Origin: an uncultured Alphaproteobacteria bacterium
GTDB taxonomy: Bacteria > Pseudomonadota > Alphaproteobacteria > Rs-D84
DNA length: 64,000 bases
Assembly: GCA_947646585.1 (NCBI GenBank)
Contig: CANSHD010000002.1
Span: forward strand, 203,614 to 267,613
Direction: 5' to 3'
Below, in pieces: positions 1 through 9,265 of this stretch (the stretch's first letter is position 1; each line of letters opens with the position of its first letter). Below the pieces are notes generated by a model. That model did no database searches. It was not told where the DNA came from and was given only the letters and a program-made list of their open reading frames with translations. Both the position numbers and the translations under genes were made by a program.

Positions 1-233
1 CGGCCGTTGCGCAGAATGCTGCCGGACAGGCGCGCAAACTCCAACGGCATGTTTTCAGGTGTCAATTCCACCGCGTCCGCCGGGGTGCAGTACAGGCCGT
101 CGGTGCCGCCGCGGATTCCGATAACAGACCAATCGCGCGAATCCGCCGCCGAAACCAGGCGCTGAATCACGGTGTTCAGACCACTGCAATCGCCGCCTGT
201 GGTCATGATTCCAATTCTTTTTTTATCGCTCAT
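1..233 (-). CDS. 6-phosphofructokinase family protein, N-terminal part (CDS continues past window start)
   Basis: Open-ended, so absent from the ORF track. Minus-strand ATG at 233..231 gives MSDKKRIGIMTTGGDCSGLNTVIQRLV..., which contains the GGDxxGLN motif of the PFK family. Confidence 0.7.
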   Translation of the reverse strand, partial: MSDKKRIGIMTTGGDCSGLNTVIQRLVSAADSRDWSVIGIRGGTDGLYCTPADAVELTPENMPLEFARLSGSILRNG

Positions 234-340
234 ATTCCTTTCCTCTTTTTGCCGGTAAATTATAACACAATTAAGTTGACAAACAAATATCTTTTGCAAT
301 AATTTGTCCATGGTATTTATTCATCTTCGGAGACTGCGAA

Positions 341-1462
341 ATGGCAAAGAAAAACACAAAAACCAAGATTAAACCCTCTACAGACGATTTGATTGACAAT
401 GCAATCGCTCAGCAAAACTCGTGGATGGAAAACCGTCGCGCATTTGCACAGCGATTTTTGAAAAGTTTAAACATATTTGCGCGCCCGAATCCAAAGAAGG
501 CGGATGCGGCGTCCGCCGACAAATCTGAAAACCGCGGGTGGCGCCCGTACTGGTTCCCGATATTGTGCGCATTGGTCGTAATATTTGTGGCCGTTTGGGT
601 TGCGTTCTTTCATACGACAACGCATCGCGTTATTGTCGTTCCGGCGGTTCCCGACCCGGTGGTGCGCGCCATTGACACGGAAACAAAGCCCTCTTTCGAT
701 ATTGTTCGCATCGAACGCGGCGGCCAGATTGTCGTCGCCGGACGCTGGATTCCGCATCAGAACATTTCTATTTTAATCAACGGCAAAATCGTCGCGACCG
801 AGCGCACCGATTCCCGCGGCGAGTTCGTTTATTCGCCGACCCATCCGCTGGCGGCCGGCAATTACACGATTTCCTTGCTGGGGGTAAATCCGGACGTTCG
901 CAGCGAGGACAATGTTTTTGTATACATTTCGGAACAGGGATATAAAAATTCCATTTCTTTGTTAATGACACGCGACGGCAGCACCCTGCTCCAGGCGCCG
1001 ACCATGCTGGCCGACGGCGATTTGGTCGTTTCAAAAATTGATTATTTAAGCACGGGCCGCATCGTTGTGACCGGCAACGCGATGCCGCGTTTGCGCGTGT
1101 CGCTGACGCTGGGGGACAAATACATGGGCTTTGCGCGCGTGTCCGACCATCGTCATTTTGGCCTGGGGGCGGATGTCGGCGAATTAAAACCGGGTCAGGA
1201 ATACAGTCTGGCGGTGCGCCTGCATGACGGCGACGGACGCACGATTGCGACGGTGCGTCATAATTTTGTAATGCCGGAAATGACGGGCGACGACAATACG
1301 TATTACACGGTGCGCCGCGGCGACTGTCTGTGGATTATTGCGCGCAATTTTCTGCGCCGCGGGGTTTTATTCAGCATGATTGCCGAACGCAACAATATTG
1401 AAAATCCGGATTTGATTTATCCGAAGCAGCTGCTGCAGATTCCGGTTGACGAGTCGAAATAA
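341..1462 (+). CDS. membrane-anchored LysM peptidoglycan-binding protein with Ig-like repeats
   Basis: 373-aa ORF. One TM segment (WFPILCALVVIFVAVWVAFF). C-terminal LysM-like YTVRRGDCLWIIARNF...NPDLIYPKQLLQIP. Confidence 0.8.
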   Translation: MAKKNTKTKIKPSTDDLIDNAIAQQNSWMENRRAFAQRFLKSLNIFARPNPKKADAASADKSENRGWRPYWFPILCALVVIFVAVWVAFFHTTTHRVIVVPAVPDPVVRAIDTETKPSFDIVRIERGGQIVVAGRWIPHQNISILINGKIVATERTDSRGEFVYSPTHPLAAGNYTISLLGVNPDVRSEDNVFVYISEQGYKNSISLLMTRDGSTLLQAPTMLADGDLVVSKIDYLSTGRIVVTGNAMPRLRVSLTLGDKYMGFARVSDHRHFGLGADVGELKPGQEYSLAVRLHDGDGRTIATVRHNFVMPEMTGDDNTYYTVRRGDCLWIIARNFLRRGVLFSMIAERNNIENPDLIYPKQLLQIPVDESK

Positions 1463-2050
1463 ATGGCGGACGATATCAATTTTGACGAATCCCAAGAAGA
1501 TGCGCGCAAAGAGCGCATCCGCCGTCAAAACGCCGACTATTATGCGCGGCATCGGGATGAAATAAATCAGCGTTCCAAACAATATTATCAGGATAACAAG
1601 CGGGACTTGCGTCCAAAACGCAGGGTGCACGAAAAGAAATATCGCGAAAAGCACGCGGAATATGTGCGCAAAAGAAAACACGACTGGGATGTCGAGAATG
1701 CCGAGCGTTGTGCCGAATATGCGGCGGCCCGTTATCGCCAGTGTCGTGAAATGACGGAACGCGCCAAATTTGTTTGCCCCGCGTTTATGTTTTTAACGCA
1801 TGTGCGCGCGGAAAGCGTCGCGACCTATTCCATTGCATACAAGCCCGGCGAACGCGTGGTGCCGAAAATGGCAAAGTTGTGCGATGCGTTGCGTGTGATG
1901 GATTCGGGCATTTGTCCGCTGGTGCGCCGCGGCACGCAAGACCCGGCGGAGATGGCGGCGCAATGTCCGATGCGCGGTGCGTTTCTTATTTCTGGGGCCG
2001 CACGCGAAATTGCAAAAATTGCGAAAATATTACGACAGAATCAAAAATAA
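1463..2050 (+). CDS. hypothetical protein with a very basic N-terminal half
   Basis: 195-aa ORF whose ATG directly abuts the stop of the LysM gene. I recognise no family. Confidence 0.5.
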   Translation: MADDINFDESQEDARKERIRRQNADYYARHRDEINQRSKQYYQDNKRDLRPKRRVHEKKYREKHAEYVRKRKHDWDVENAERCAEYAAARYRQCREMTERAKFVCPAFMFLTHVRAESVATYSIAYKPGERVVPKMAKLCDALRVMDSGICPLVRRGTQDPAEMAAQCPMRGAFLISGAAREIAKIAKILRQNQK

Positions 2051-2075
2051 AATTGGCGCAAGGCCAATTTAATCT

Positions 2076-2149
2076 TGGTGCGGGCGAAGGGAATCGAACC
2101 CTCGTCTTCAGCTTGGGAAGCTGACGTGCTACCATTATACCACGCCCGC
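2076..2149 (-). tRNA. tRNA-Gly (anticodon CCC)
   Basis: The reverse complement GCGGGCGTGGTATAATGGTAGCACGTCAGCTTCCCAAGCTGAAGACGAGGGTTCGATTCCCTTCGCCCGCACCA folds as a cloverleaf. Anticodon loop is TTCCCAA and CCA is encoded. Confidence 0.9.
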
Positions 2150-2208
2150 AATGTTGTGCATTTTATCTGGACGTCATTTAAAAGTCCAGCATAAAAGTAT
2201 AAAAATAT

Positions 2209-2237
2209 TTGACTTTTGACAAAAACAAATGCATAAT
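2209..2237 (+). promoter_or_regulatory. candidate sigma70 promoter upstream of rpsP
   Basis: TTGACT, 17-nt spacer, CATAAT. This would give a 5' UTR of about 320 nt before rpsP. Confidence 0.35.
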
Positions 2238-2568
2238 AAGCCCGCAAATCCCAACAGATTGCCATTATTGTAAATCCAGTATGCGGTATGCATGTGGAAC
2301 ATCAACCGGCGAGTGTTCGCTCTTGATGCGGTTTTAAGTATGTGCTTTTTGGGATTAACAAAGGTATATGGAATATGAATAAAAATATATTGGGTTTGGG
2401 GTACGAGGCGCTGTTACAGCCTGATGTTGCGCCGCGTAAAACCGAATGCAAAACCGTGGCGATAAGTGCAGAGGCTCTGCAGGTCGCAAAGATTAAGTTT
2501 TTCGGGCTGGACCGTTTGTTCCAGCTGGGGCAAAAAGTAAAATAAAACAAAAAAGCAAGGAGTAAAAA

Positions 2569-2988
2569 ATGGCAACAGTTATCAGATTGGCACGTTATGG
2601 TGCGAAAAAGCGTCCGTATTACCACGTGGTTGTGACGGATTCCCGCAATGCGCGTAATTCCGGCAATGTTTTGGAAGTCGTTGGCAAATACGACCCGATG
2701 CAGCCGCGCGACAGCGAAAAGCGCGTTATGTTGAACCTGGATTTGGTAAAGTCTTGGTTGGCAAAGGGGGCGAAACCGTCCGACCGTGTTTACAAGTTCC
2801 TGGCGAATGCGGGCCTGGTTGCGAAAAAACCGGTTCCGGCTCAGACGAAAAAGCACCTGCAGTCTGAAAAGACACAGATGAAGATTAAGGACAAGGCGGA
2901 CAAGCTGGCCAAGGCTGCGGAAGAAAAAGCAGCGGCAGAGGCGGCGGCGAAAGCGGCCGCAGAAGCCCCGGCGGAATCTGCGGAATAA
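2569..2988 (+). CDS. rpsP: 30S ribosomal protein S16 with Ala/Lys/Glu-rich C-terminal extension
   Basis: MATVIRLARYGAKKRPYYHVVVTDSRNARNSG... Good RBS (AAGGAG). Conserved rpsP-rimM-trmD-rplS order. Confidence 0.95.
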   Translation: MATVIRLARYGAKKRPYYHVVVTDSRNARNSGNVLEVVGKYDPMQPRDSEKRVMLNLDLVKSWLAKGAKPSDRVYKFLANAGLVAKKPVPAQTKKHLQSEKTQMKIKDKADKLAKAAEEKAAAEAAAKAAAEAPAESAE

Positions 2989-3037
2989 TTTAATATGCCC
3001 GGGGATTTCCCCGGGTATATTAAAATGGGAGTATTTC

Positions 3038-3229
3038 ATGTCTAAATGTCCATATAATGACTCTGTTGAATGTGATAAAGAATTTCAGCAGAAGGAATTG
3101 ACGCGTCAGATGAATTTGGCGCTGCGCACGGGGATGTATTGGTTTAATACAACCCCGCAGGGTGTTTCATGCGCGGTTAAGCATTGGCAGTGCGCGCGTT
3201 TGGTTGCCTGTAACCAGGTACAGCGATAA
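3038..3229 (+). CDS. possible small Cys-containing protein inserted between rpsP and rimM
   Basis: 63-aa ORF with a GGGAG RBS 6 nt upstream. It follows the hairpin CCCGGGGATTTCCCCGGG, and its stop abuts the rimM ATG. No recognisable family. Confidence 0.3.
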   Translation: MSKCPYNDSVECDKEFQQKELTRQMNLALRTGMYWFNTTPQGVSCAVKHWQCARLVACNQVQR

Positions 3230-3676
3230 ATGGCTCAATCCGATAAAATTTTGGTTGGTAAAATTGTCGCCCCCCAGGGAATCCGGGGCGAGGTTCGCGT
3301 TCATACATTCACAACAGCACCCGCGGATTTTAAGGTGCTGCGAATTTTGAACGTGCCGTTGCGCTTTGTGCGGGCGGCGGGCGCCGATATTGCGATATGC
3401 CGCGTCGATGGCGTGAACGACCGCAACGCCGCAGAGGCTTTGCGCGGGATGGAGCTGTTTATTTCGCGTGACGCCCTGCCCGATTTGGATAACGGCGAAT
3501 ATTACCAGGCGGATTTAATCGGATTTGAAGTTGTGCGCGACAGTGCGAAAATCGGCACGGTCGCATGCTTTCAGAATTTTGGCGCCGGTGATATAATAGA
3601 ACTTGATAACGGCGACATGGTGTCGTTTAAAGGCGCCGTGGTCGATATGAAAACAAAAAACATAGTTGTAAAATAA
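3230..3676 (+). CDS. rimM: 16S rRNA processing protein RimM
   Basis: ILVGKIVAPQGIRGEVRV motif and conserved operon position. Confidence 0.9.
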   Translation: MAQSDKILVGKIVAPQGIRGEVRVHTFTTAPADFKVLRILNVPLRFVRAAGADIAICRVDGVNDRNAAEALRGMELFISRDALPDLDNGEYYQADLIGFEVVRDSAKIGTVACFQNFGAGDIIELDNGDMVSFKGAVVDMKTKNIVVK

Positions 3677-4357
3677 ATGCATTTCAACATACTGACCATT
3701 TTTCCGGAAATGTTTCCCGGCACACTGGGCGGCGGGGTTGTCGGGCGCGCGCTGGAACGCGGCATATGGTCGTATGATGTGATAAACATACGCGATTTTG
3801 CATACAACAATTATGGCAGTGTCGATGACGAGCAATTCGGCGGTGGCAAGGGTATGGTCATGCGTCCCGACGTTTTGGGGGCGGCGCTGGATTCCATTGA
3901 AAACCGTGGGCGCGTGATATATTTTTCGCCGCGCGGTCCGCGACTGACGCAGTCGATTGTTCGCGAATTTGCCGCCGCGCCGGATGCGACATATACGCTG
4001 TTGTGCGGCCGGTACGAGGGAATCGACCAACGAATCATCGAAGAATATGATATAATGGAGCTGTCTATCGGCGATTATATACTGTCGGGGGGCGAAATTG
4101 CCGCACAGGTTTTTGTTGACAGCACGGTTCGCTTGATAGATAATGTTGTCGGTGGCGGAACTGATGCCACCGCAAATGAAAGTTTTGAAATCGGGGGGCT
4201 GGAATGGCCGTTATACACCCGCCCGTCGGCATGGCGTGGACGAAATGTCCCAGAAGTCCTGCTGTCCGGTCACCACGGCAATATCGAACGGTGGCGGAAA
4301 CAACAATCGGACGAAATAACAAAAGAGCGTCGTCCGGATTTAATAAAGGAAAAGTAA
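3677..4357 (+). CDS. trmD: tRNA (guanine37-N1)-methyltransferase
   Basis: MHFNILTIFPEMFPG... and LLCGRYEGIDQR motif. Confidence 0.95.
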   Translation: MHFNILTIFPEMFPGTLGGGVVGRALERGIWSYDVINIRDFAYNNYGSVDDEQFGGGKGMVMRPDVLGAALDSIENRGRVIYFSPRGPRLTQSIVREFAAAPDATYTLLCGRYEGIDQRIIEEYDIMELSIGDYILSGGEIAAQVFVDSTVRLIDNVVGGGTDATANESFEIGGLEWPLYTRPSAWRGRNVPEVLLSGHHGNIERWRKQQSDEITKERRPDLIKEK

Positions 4358-4360
4358 AAG

Positions 4361-4753
4361 ATGAGCATCATTAAAAAAATCGAAGAAAAACAGATTGCCA
4401 AATTAAAAGGCGACAAGAAAATCCCGGCATTCAAGGCGGGTGACACACTGAAAGTGCATGTAAAAATTAAAGATGGCGACAAATTCCGTATCCAGGTATT
4501 CGAAGGCGTTGTCATTGCGCGCGACGGCGGCAACGGAAACAATGCGTCGTTCACGGTTCGCCGCGAATCTTATGGCGTGGGCGTGGAACGCAAATTCCCG
4601 CTGTACAGCCCGGCGATTGAAAAAATTGAAAAGATTCGTATCGGTCGCGTACGTCGTGCAAAGCTGTTCTTCCTGCGCGGTTTGTCCGGCAAAAAGGCAC
4701 GTATCGTCGAAGACTTGGCGGCGGCGTCTGCGGAAAAGAACGCGAACAAATAA
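4361..4753 (+). CDS. rplS: 50S ribosomal protein L19
   Basis: 130-aa ORF with [34 protein letters not shown]. Confidence 0.95.
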   Translation: MSIIKKIEEKQIAKLKGDKKIPAFKAGDTLKVHVKIKDGDKFRIQVFEGVVIARDGGNGNNASFTVRRESYGVGVERKFPLYSPAIEKIEKIRIGRVRRAKLFFLRGLSGKKARIVEDLAAASAEKNANK

Positions 4754-4770
4754 TTTGTATTTGTTTTATG

Positions 4771-4800
4771 AAAATCCCGCCAAACGGCGGGATTTTTTTA
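4771..4800. terminator. bidirectional rho-independent terminator
   Basis: AAAATCCCGCC-AAAC-GGCGGGATTTTTTT lies between the convergent rplS and the metallophosphoesterase gene. Confidence 0.7.
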
Positions 4801-5322
4801 TCTTTGGAAAACGCGCGGTTTTAAAATATGCGGATTTATCAGCGGGACCGGGCGATAGTCTGTTTTTTCAACGCTGACATTTATACAATAATCGTGGTTT
4901 TTAAAGTCATAGTCCTGGATATGTATATGACCGTGATAGTTAACAATCGGCGGATTTGCGCCAAATTCCGGCAACGGTTCGTGCGACAACAGTATGTATA
5001 GCTGCGCATTATACACCGGGTGTTCGAACACCTGGTCGAATCCGGCGTCCATCCACCAGCTTGGGCGATGGCTGCGGTCGTGATTGCCCAGAATCAGATA
5101 CTTGCGCCCGCGCATGCGTGACAGAATTGCGCGCACGCGTTCTTTGGTGGCGCCAAACATAACGTCGCCCAGCCAATAGCAGACGTCGTTTTTTCCGACG
5201 GTCGCATTGTATCTTTCGATTAAGGTGTTGTTCATTTCGGCCACGGTTTTAAACGGCCGGTTGCCAAATTGAATAATTTTTTCAGAATAGAAATGCGGGT
5301 CCGAGTACACAAATGTCGCCAT
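4798..5322 (-). CDS. metallophosphoesterase (calcineurin-like phosphoesterase family)
   Basis: Motifs SDPHF, GDVMFG, GNHD and HGHIH in canonical order. Confidence 0.8.
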   Translation of the reverse strand: MATFVYSDPHFYSEKIIQFGNRPFKTVAEMNNTLIERYNATVGKNDVCYWLGDVMFGATKERVRAILSRMRGRKYLILGNHDRSHRPSWWMDAGFDQVFEHPVYNAQLYILLSHEPLPEFGANPPIVNYHGHIHIQDYDFKNHDYCINVSVEKTDYRPVPLINPHILKPRVFQR

Positions 5323-5326
5323 ATAT

Positions 5327-6286
5327 CTACCTCCCCTGGCCGTTGATTTTGTTGCAGCGCGCCTGCAGGGTCTCCAGTTTTGTCATAATTTCCGCCCATT
5401 GCGGCGGTACGCCCAAGAATTCCTCCCTCATCGCATCGTAATCCTGCTTGAGTTCAAGCAGGACGGCCGGCGCCGGCCGTAAAGACAGGTCTGCCGGAGA
5501 ATGTATGGCCGGGATGTTTTTTGTTGTGTAAATTTGCTGGTACAGAACCGTGTTTTGCAGCATATGCCGGGTGTCGCGCAAATTTACAAACGGCATCAAT
5601 GTCGCAACGTCATAATAGTGGCGCGACAAGAAAAATCTGTTTTTAGGTTTGCCAATCGTCGCAAAAGAATTTAATGCGAACATTTTATCCCAGAATGTTT
5701 GCTCGTACGCAACGGTCGGGATAACGCCCATCGGTTCCCTTGTGGAATACGGTGTAACGGCGCTGTAATTTATCGTATCTTTGTCATATTTTCGCGGAAT
5801 AATTTCAATGCATATATGCTGAAACATTCTGTTCAATGCCGATTGATACAGGACGTGCAACGTCGGATAAGACGTTTGCTGTTCCGGATTATGCAGTGCG
5901 CGCCATTCGCGGTCGTTCGACAGCATAAAGCGCTTGTCCTGATTTATCGCATAGTTTATGCGCGGCATCAGTACGTCAAATACAAATTCCTTGAAATTTG
6001 CCACGTGTTTTTTCAGGCGGCACTTGGACCGCGCCATCGGCAGTTCTTCAAACTCGTTCGTCGCCAGGTCGATATCGTGACTGGCGCGCTGGCATATGTT
6101 GTAAGATTTTCTAAGCGTTGCGCCGCCAGAAAACACCAGCGTGTCGAATGCCGACTTGTCTTCAAACAGTGCGTTAAGAATTTCGCATTCCATATAGTCG
6201 CACTCTGCCATAATCGGATTTGGCATGCTTTGGAAAATTTTTTGAGTTGTGGCGCTTTTTATAGACATATTTGTTTTATAGTACAT
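5327..6286 (-). CDS. AbiEii/AbiGii-like (DUF1814) nucleotidyltransferase
   Basis: FSGGATLRKSYNICQRASHDIDL resembles the GGTAL...R.S.DIDF core of AbiEii/MenT-type nucleotidyltransferases. No AbiEi-like gene lies upstream. Confidence 0.65.
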   Translation of the reverse strand: MYYKTNMSIKSATTQKIFQSMPNPIMAECDYMECEILNALFEDKSAFDTLVFSGGATLRKSYNICQRASHDIDLATNEFEELPMARSKCRLKKHVANFKEFVFDVLMPRINYAINQDKRFMLSNDREWRALHNPEQQTSYPTLHVLYQSALNRMFQHICIEIIPRKYDKDTINYSAVTPYSTREPMGVIPTVAYEQTFWDKMFALNSFATIGKPKNRFFLSRHYYDVATLMPFVNLRDTRHMLQNTVLYQQIYTTKNIPAIHSPADLSLRPAPAVLLELKQDYDAMREEFLGVPPQWAEIMTKLETLQARCNKINGQGR

Positions 6287-6361
6287 TGACGGGCTTTTGT
6301 CAAGTTTTGTTGATTTAAGAATTTGACATTACCGGCCGGCGGCGTTAATATGTAGTTCGGT

Positions 6362-6709
6362 ATGAAAAAATATATTTCTGCATTTTTTATGATTGGCGCC
6401 CTGCTGGCCGTAACGCCCGCAGACGCGTATGTTGAGCGCGATACCGCGGTTGTGCGCGTAATGAACAAGGCCGCCGGCAAGGCCCAGACAATAAAGGCGC
6501 CCGTCGGTCGCAAGGTTTCTTTTGAGAAGCTGGACTTGGTGGTGCGCACGTGCAAGCAGACGGATCCTTTTCAGGCTCAGGATTTTTTCATGTTCATAGA
6601 AATATCACAGGATTCCAAGATTTTCAGTGGCTGGATGAGCCATAACGAACCCGGCAATAATCCGTTGCAGCACCCTGATTACGACCTGTGGCTGGTGGGG
6701 TGCGAGTAA
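6362..6709 (+). CDS. DUF2155-like periplasmic protein
   Basis: Signal peptide. C-terminal ...FSGWM....NPLQHPDYDLWLVGC matches my memory of the alphaproteobacterial DUF2155 family. Confidence 0.7.
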   Translation: MKKYISAFFMIGALLAVTPADAYVERDTAVVRVMNKAAGKAQTIKAPVGRKVSFEKLDLVVRTCKQTDPFQAQDFFMFIEISQDSKIFSGWMSHNEPGNNPLQHPDYDLWLVGCE

Positions 6710-6713
6710 AGCG

Positions 6714-7115
6714 ATGGCCGATGTATATATTATAAATTTGTCCGGATTTATGCTGGGCACCGACAAAGATGTGCTGCAGCCTGGCCAGAAATGGCTGCCA
6801 TATGACACAGAGGTGTATGTCTGTCGCAACATTGATGTCGCAAAGCGTCTGTTACAGTTATCACAGCGCGGCTTTGTGGATGGGATAAACCCGGTTTGGA
6901 CGACGGTCTATCATGTCGTTGCGCCGATGGTAAAATGCACGCGCGCGGACAATGCAATGTTATGGACGCCCGACGCGTCGAAAATCGTCGTTGACCGTCT
7001 GGTGTTTCAACAAGCGCCGCACCAGTTGTCTGAGGCCGCATTGCTGGACAATGCCAAGGCGCAGATGGCGGCATTTATGGGACTAATGAATTTATCAAGG
7101 GAGAAGAAGAAATGA
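6714..7115 (+). CDS. hypothetical protein
   Basis: 133-aa ORF, tightly packed with its neighbours on the same strand. Confidence 0.5.
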   Translation: MADVYIINLSGFMLGTDKDVLQPGQKWLPYDTEVYVCRNIDVAKRLLQLSQRGFVDGINPVWTTVYHVVAPMVKCTRADNAMLWTPDASKIVVDRLVFQQAPHQLSEAALLDNAKAQMAAFMGLMNLSREKKK

Positions 7116-7417
7116 ACTTTATAAAAAAATACTTAAAGATTTTAATCGGCGCGGCGGCACTGTTGCTGGTGTTTACAATATTTGTCATGACCCAGCGTTC
7201 GGAAAATCTGGAAACGGCGGCACTGAAAAAATGGCCCGCCGCATCGATGGAGCGCAGACTGGCGGCGACCAAGATTCTGATTGGCACGGACCAGAATGCG
7301 GAACTGATTGTGCAGTGCATTGATAAAATCGCCGCATTGCCCGATTCTGGTGAAATGGCGGTGCGCGACGCGGCGTCGCTGTGCTATACAGGGGTTCAGT
7401 TAAAGGAAAATCTGTAA
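7112..7417 (+). CDS. hypothetical membrane-anchored protein
   Basis: 101-aa ORF with an N-terminal hydrophobic helix and a 4-nt overlap with the upstream ORF. Confidence 0.5.
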   Translation: MNFIKKYLKILIGAAALLLVFTIFVMTQRSENLETAALKKWPAASMERRLAATKILIGTDQNAELIVQCIDKIAALPDSGEMAVRDAASLCYTGVQLKENL

Positions 7418-7421
7418 AGAT

Positions 7422-8114
7422 ATGCGCGGATTTATATTTGCCATTTTTGCGGTTGCGGGGTGCGTTTTTTGCGCGCCCCGTAATGATATCGGGGCGCAAT
7501 ATCTGGGCGCGCGATATGTCCTTGATCCGTTGGGCGAGGCCGCCGGATACGACCCGGACCCGCTGATACGCGACGATGCGTTCGACTGTACTACATTTGT
7601 TGAAACGGCGCTGGCCGACGGCGATATGGCGCGTCTTATGAAAATCAGATACCGCGACGGCCAGGCGCGCTGGGAAAACAGAAATCACTTTATTGAGACG
7701 GACTGGCTGGCGAATAACGCCGATTTGTTACGCAATGTCAGCGCGTGCTATGGCGCCGCCGCCGTGCGTCATGTAATTGTTGACAAGCGGTCGTGGGCGC
7801 GCGTCGTGCACGGCATGGTTATTGATGTGGCGCCGGTAAATGCCGATATTGAATATCTGCCGTATGACAATGTAAAGGATATAAATAACGCCGAACCGCT
7901 GATTGTCTTATTTATCGTTGGCAATTCCGAAAAAAATGATAAAATCGCAACAGATATCGCCGTGGTGCACATGGGCTTTTTACTGCCCGGCGGTCGTGTG
8001 TTGCGGCATGCATCGGTTGGGCGTGGTGTTGTTGACGACGACTTTGCCGAATATCTGGCAATGCGGCGAAAATTAAAGAATAATATCGGTATTGCACTGG
8101 TGGAAATAAAATGA
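7422..8114 (+). CDS. DUF1460-like (amidase-like) putative lipoprotein
   Basis: Lipobox-like AVAGC. Contains DPLGE...DPDPLIRDDAFDCTTFVETALA. Confidence 0.6.
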   Translation: MRGFIFAIFAVAGCVFCAPRNDIGAQYLGARYVLDPLGEAAGYDPDPLIRDDAFDCTTFVETALADGDMARLMKIRYRDGQARWENRNHFIETDWLANNADLLRNVSACYGAAAVRHVIVDKRSWARVVHGMVIDVAPVNADIEYLPYDNVKDINNAEPLIVLFIVGNSEKNDKIATDIAVVHMGFLLPGGRVLRHASVGRGVVDDDFAEYLAMRRKLKNNIGIALVEIK

Positions 8115-9244
8115 ATACGGACGAAAACATTATCAAGATGGATATGGGAACGCTGCGCGGGGATGCGTCGGCGGCGGGCGGCCTGCTGTGCCTGGGGATA
8201 GAATCTTCGTGTGACGAAACATCCGCGGCGATTGTTGACGGCAACAGAAACATTTTGTCGCATATCATTTACTCGCAAATACCGGAACATCAGAAATACG
8301 GCGGCGTTGTGCCGGAACTGGCGGCGCGCGCGCATATATTGGCGATTGACACCGTCGTGCGCCAGACTCTGGCGGCCGCCGGAAAGGATATCCGCGATAT
8401 TGATGTTATCGCGGCGACGGCGGGCCCGGGGCTGATTGGCGGCGTGTTGATAGGCTGGATGGCGGCAACCGGAATGGCCCAGGCGACGGGCAAACCATTG
8501 GTTGCGGTAAATCATTTGGAGGGGCACGCACTGGTCCCGCGTCTGCACGCGTCGGCGGCCGACGGTACGGATTTGGCCGCGGGGGTTGAATTTCCATATC
8601 TGTTAATGCTGGCGTCCGGCGGGCACTGCCAGATATTGCTGGTGCGTGGCGTCGGGCAATATGAACAAATCGGCCAGACGCTGGACGACAGTGCCGGCGA
8701 GGCCTTTGACAAAGTCGCAAAGATGCTGGGGCTGGGGTATCCAGGCGGGCCGGTTGTTGATTCGCGCGCCCAGTCGGGGAACCCCACGCGATTTAAATTC
8801 CCGCGGCCGCTGTGCGACAAACCGGGCTGTGACTTTTCTTTCAGTGGGATAAAGACCGCGGCGCGCACCATGCTGGACAAGACGCCCGCGCCATATTGCG
8901 ATGAATTTATAAATGATTTTTGTGCATCTTTTCAGGCAGCGGTTGTGGACTGCATTGTAAATCGTCTGGGGCATGCGATGGAAGACGCGCGCGTTCGCGC
9001 CACCGCGCCGCGCACGTTGGTCGTTGCGGGCGGCGTCGCCAAGAACAGCGCCATTCGTGCCGCGATGCAGCGTCTGGCCCGGGTGAACGGCATGACGTTT
9101 GCCGCCCCGCCGCTAAATCTGTGCACGGATAACGGCGCCATGATTGCGTGGGCCGGAATTGAAAATTACCGCGCGGGCAAGATTGTGCGCACGCCGGTCG
9201 CACCGCGCCCCAGATGGCCGCTGACGGAATTGTCAAATGCGTAA
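8111..9244 (+). CDS. tsaD: tRNA N6-adenosine threonylcarbamoyltransferase
   Basis: LGIESSCDETSAAIV and GYPGGP motifs. ATGA overlap with the upstream gene. Confidence 0.95.
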   Translation: MNTDENIIKMDMGTLRGDASAAGGLLCLGIESSCDETSAAIVDGNRNILSHIIYSQIPEHQKYGGVVPELAARAHILAIDTVVRQTLAAAGKDIRDIDVIAATAGPGLIGGVLIGWMAATGMAQATGKPLVAVNHLEGHALVPRLHASAADGTDLAAGVEFPYLLMLASGGHCQILLVRGVGQYEQIGQTLDDSAGEAFDKVAKMLGLGYPGGPVVDSRAQSGNPTRFKFPRPLCDKPGCDFSFSGIKTAARTMLDKTPAPYCDEFINDFCASFQAAVVDCIVNRLGHAMEDARVRATAPRTLVVAGGVAKNSAIRAAMQRLARVNGMTFAAPPLNLCTDNGAMIAWAGIENYRAGKIVRTPVAPRPRWPLTELSNA

Positions 9245-9265
9245 TAATGTGATATAATTACCGCT

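Noticed and set aside
2342-2545. 67-aa ORF in the long rpsP upstream region
   Set aside because: It has no convincing RBS and no recognisable family. The region may simply be a 5' UTR or promoter. It is left unannotated, though not excluded.
2302-3039. 245-aa minus-strand ORF opposite rpsP and its upstream region
   Set aside because: It lies antisense to the clearly conserved rpsP. Its composition is Arg/Phe/Cys-rich with no motifs, typical of a shadow ORF.
7769-8548. 259-aa minus-strand ORF, together with many similar Arg/Pro-rich ORFs opposite tsaD, xseA, recN, addA, rpoD, cysS, accDA, prfB and obg
   Set aside because: All are antisense to genes with strong family motifs and show the skewed composition of non-coding frames.
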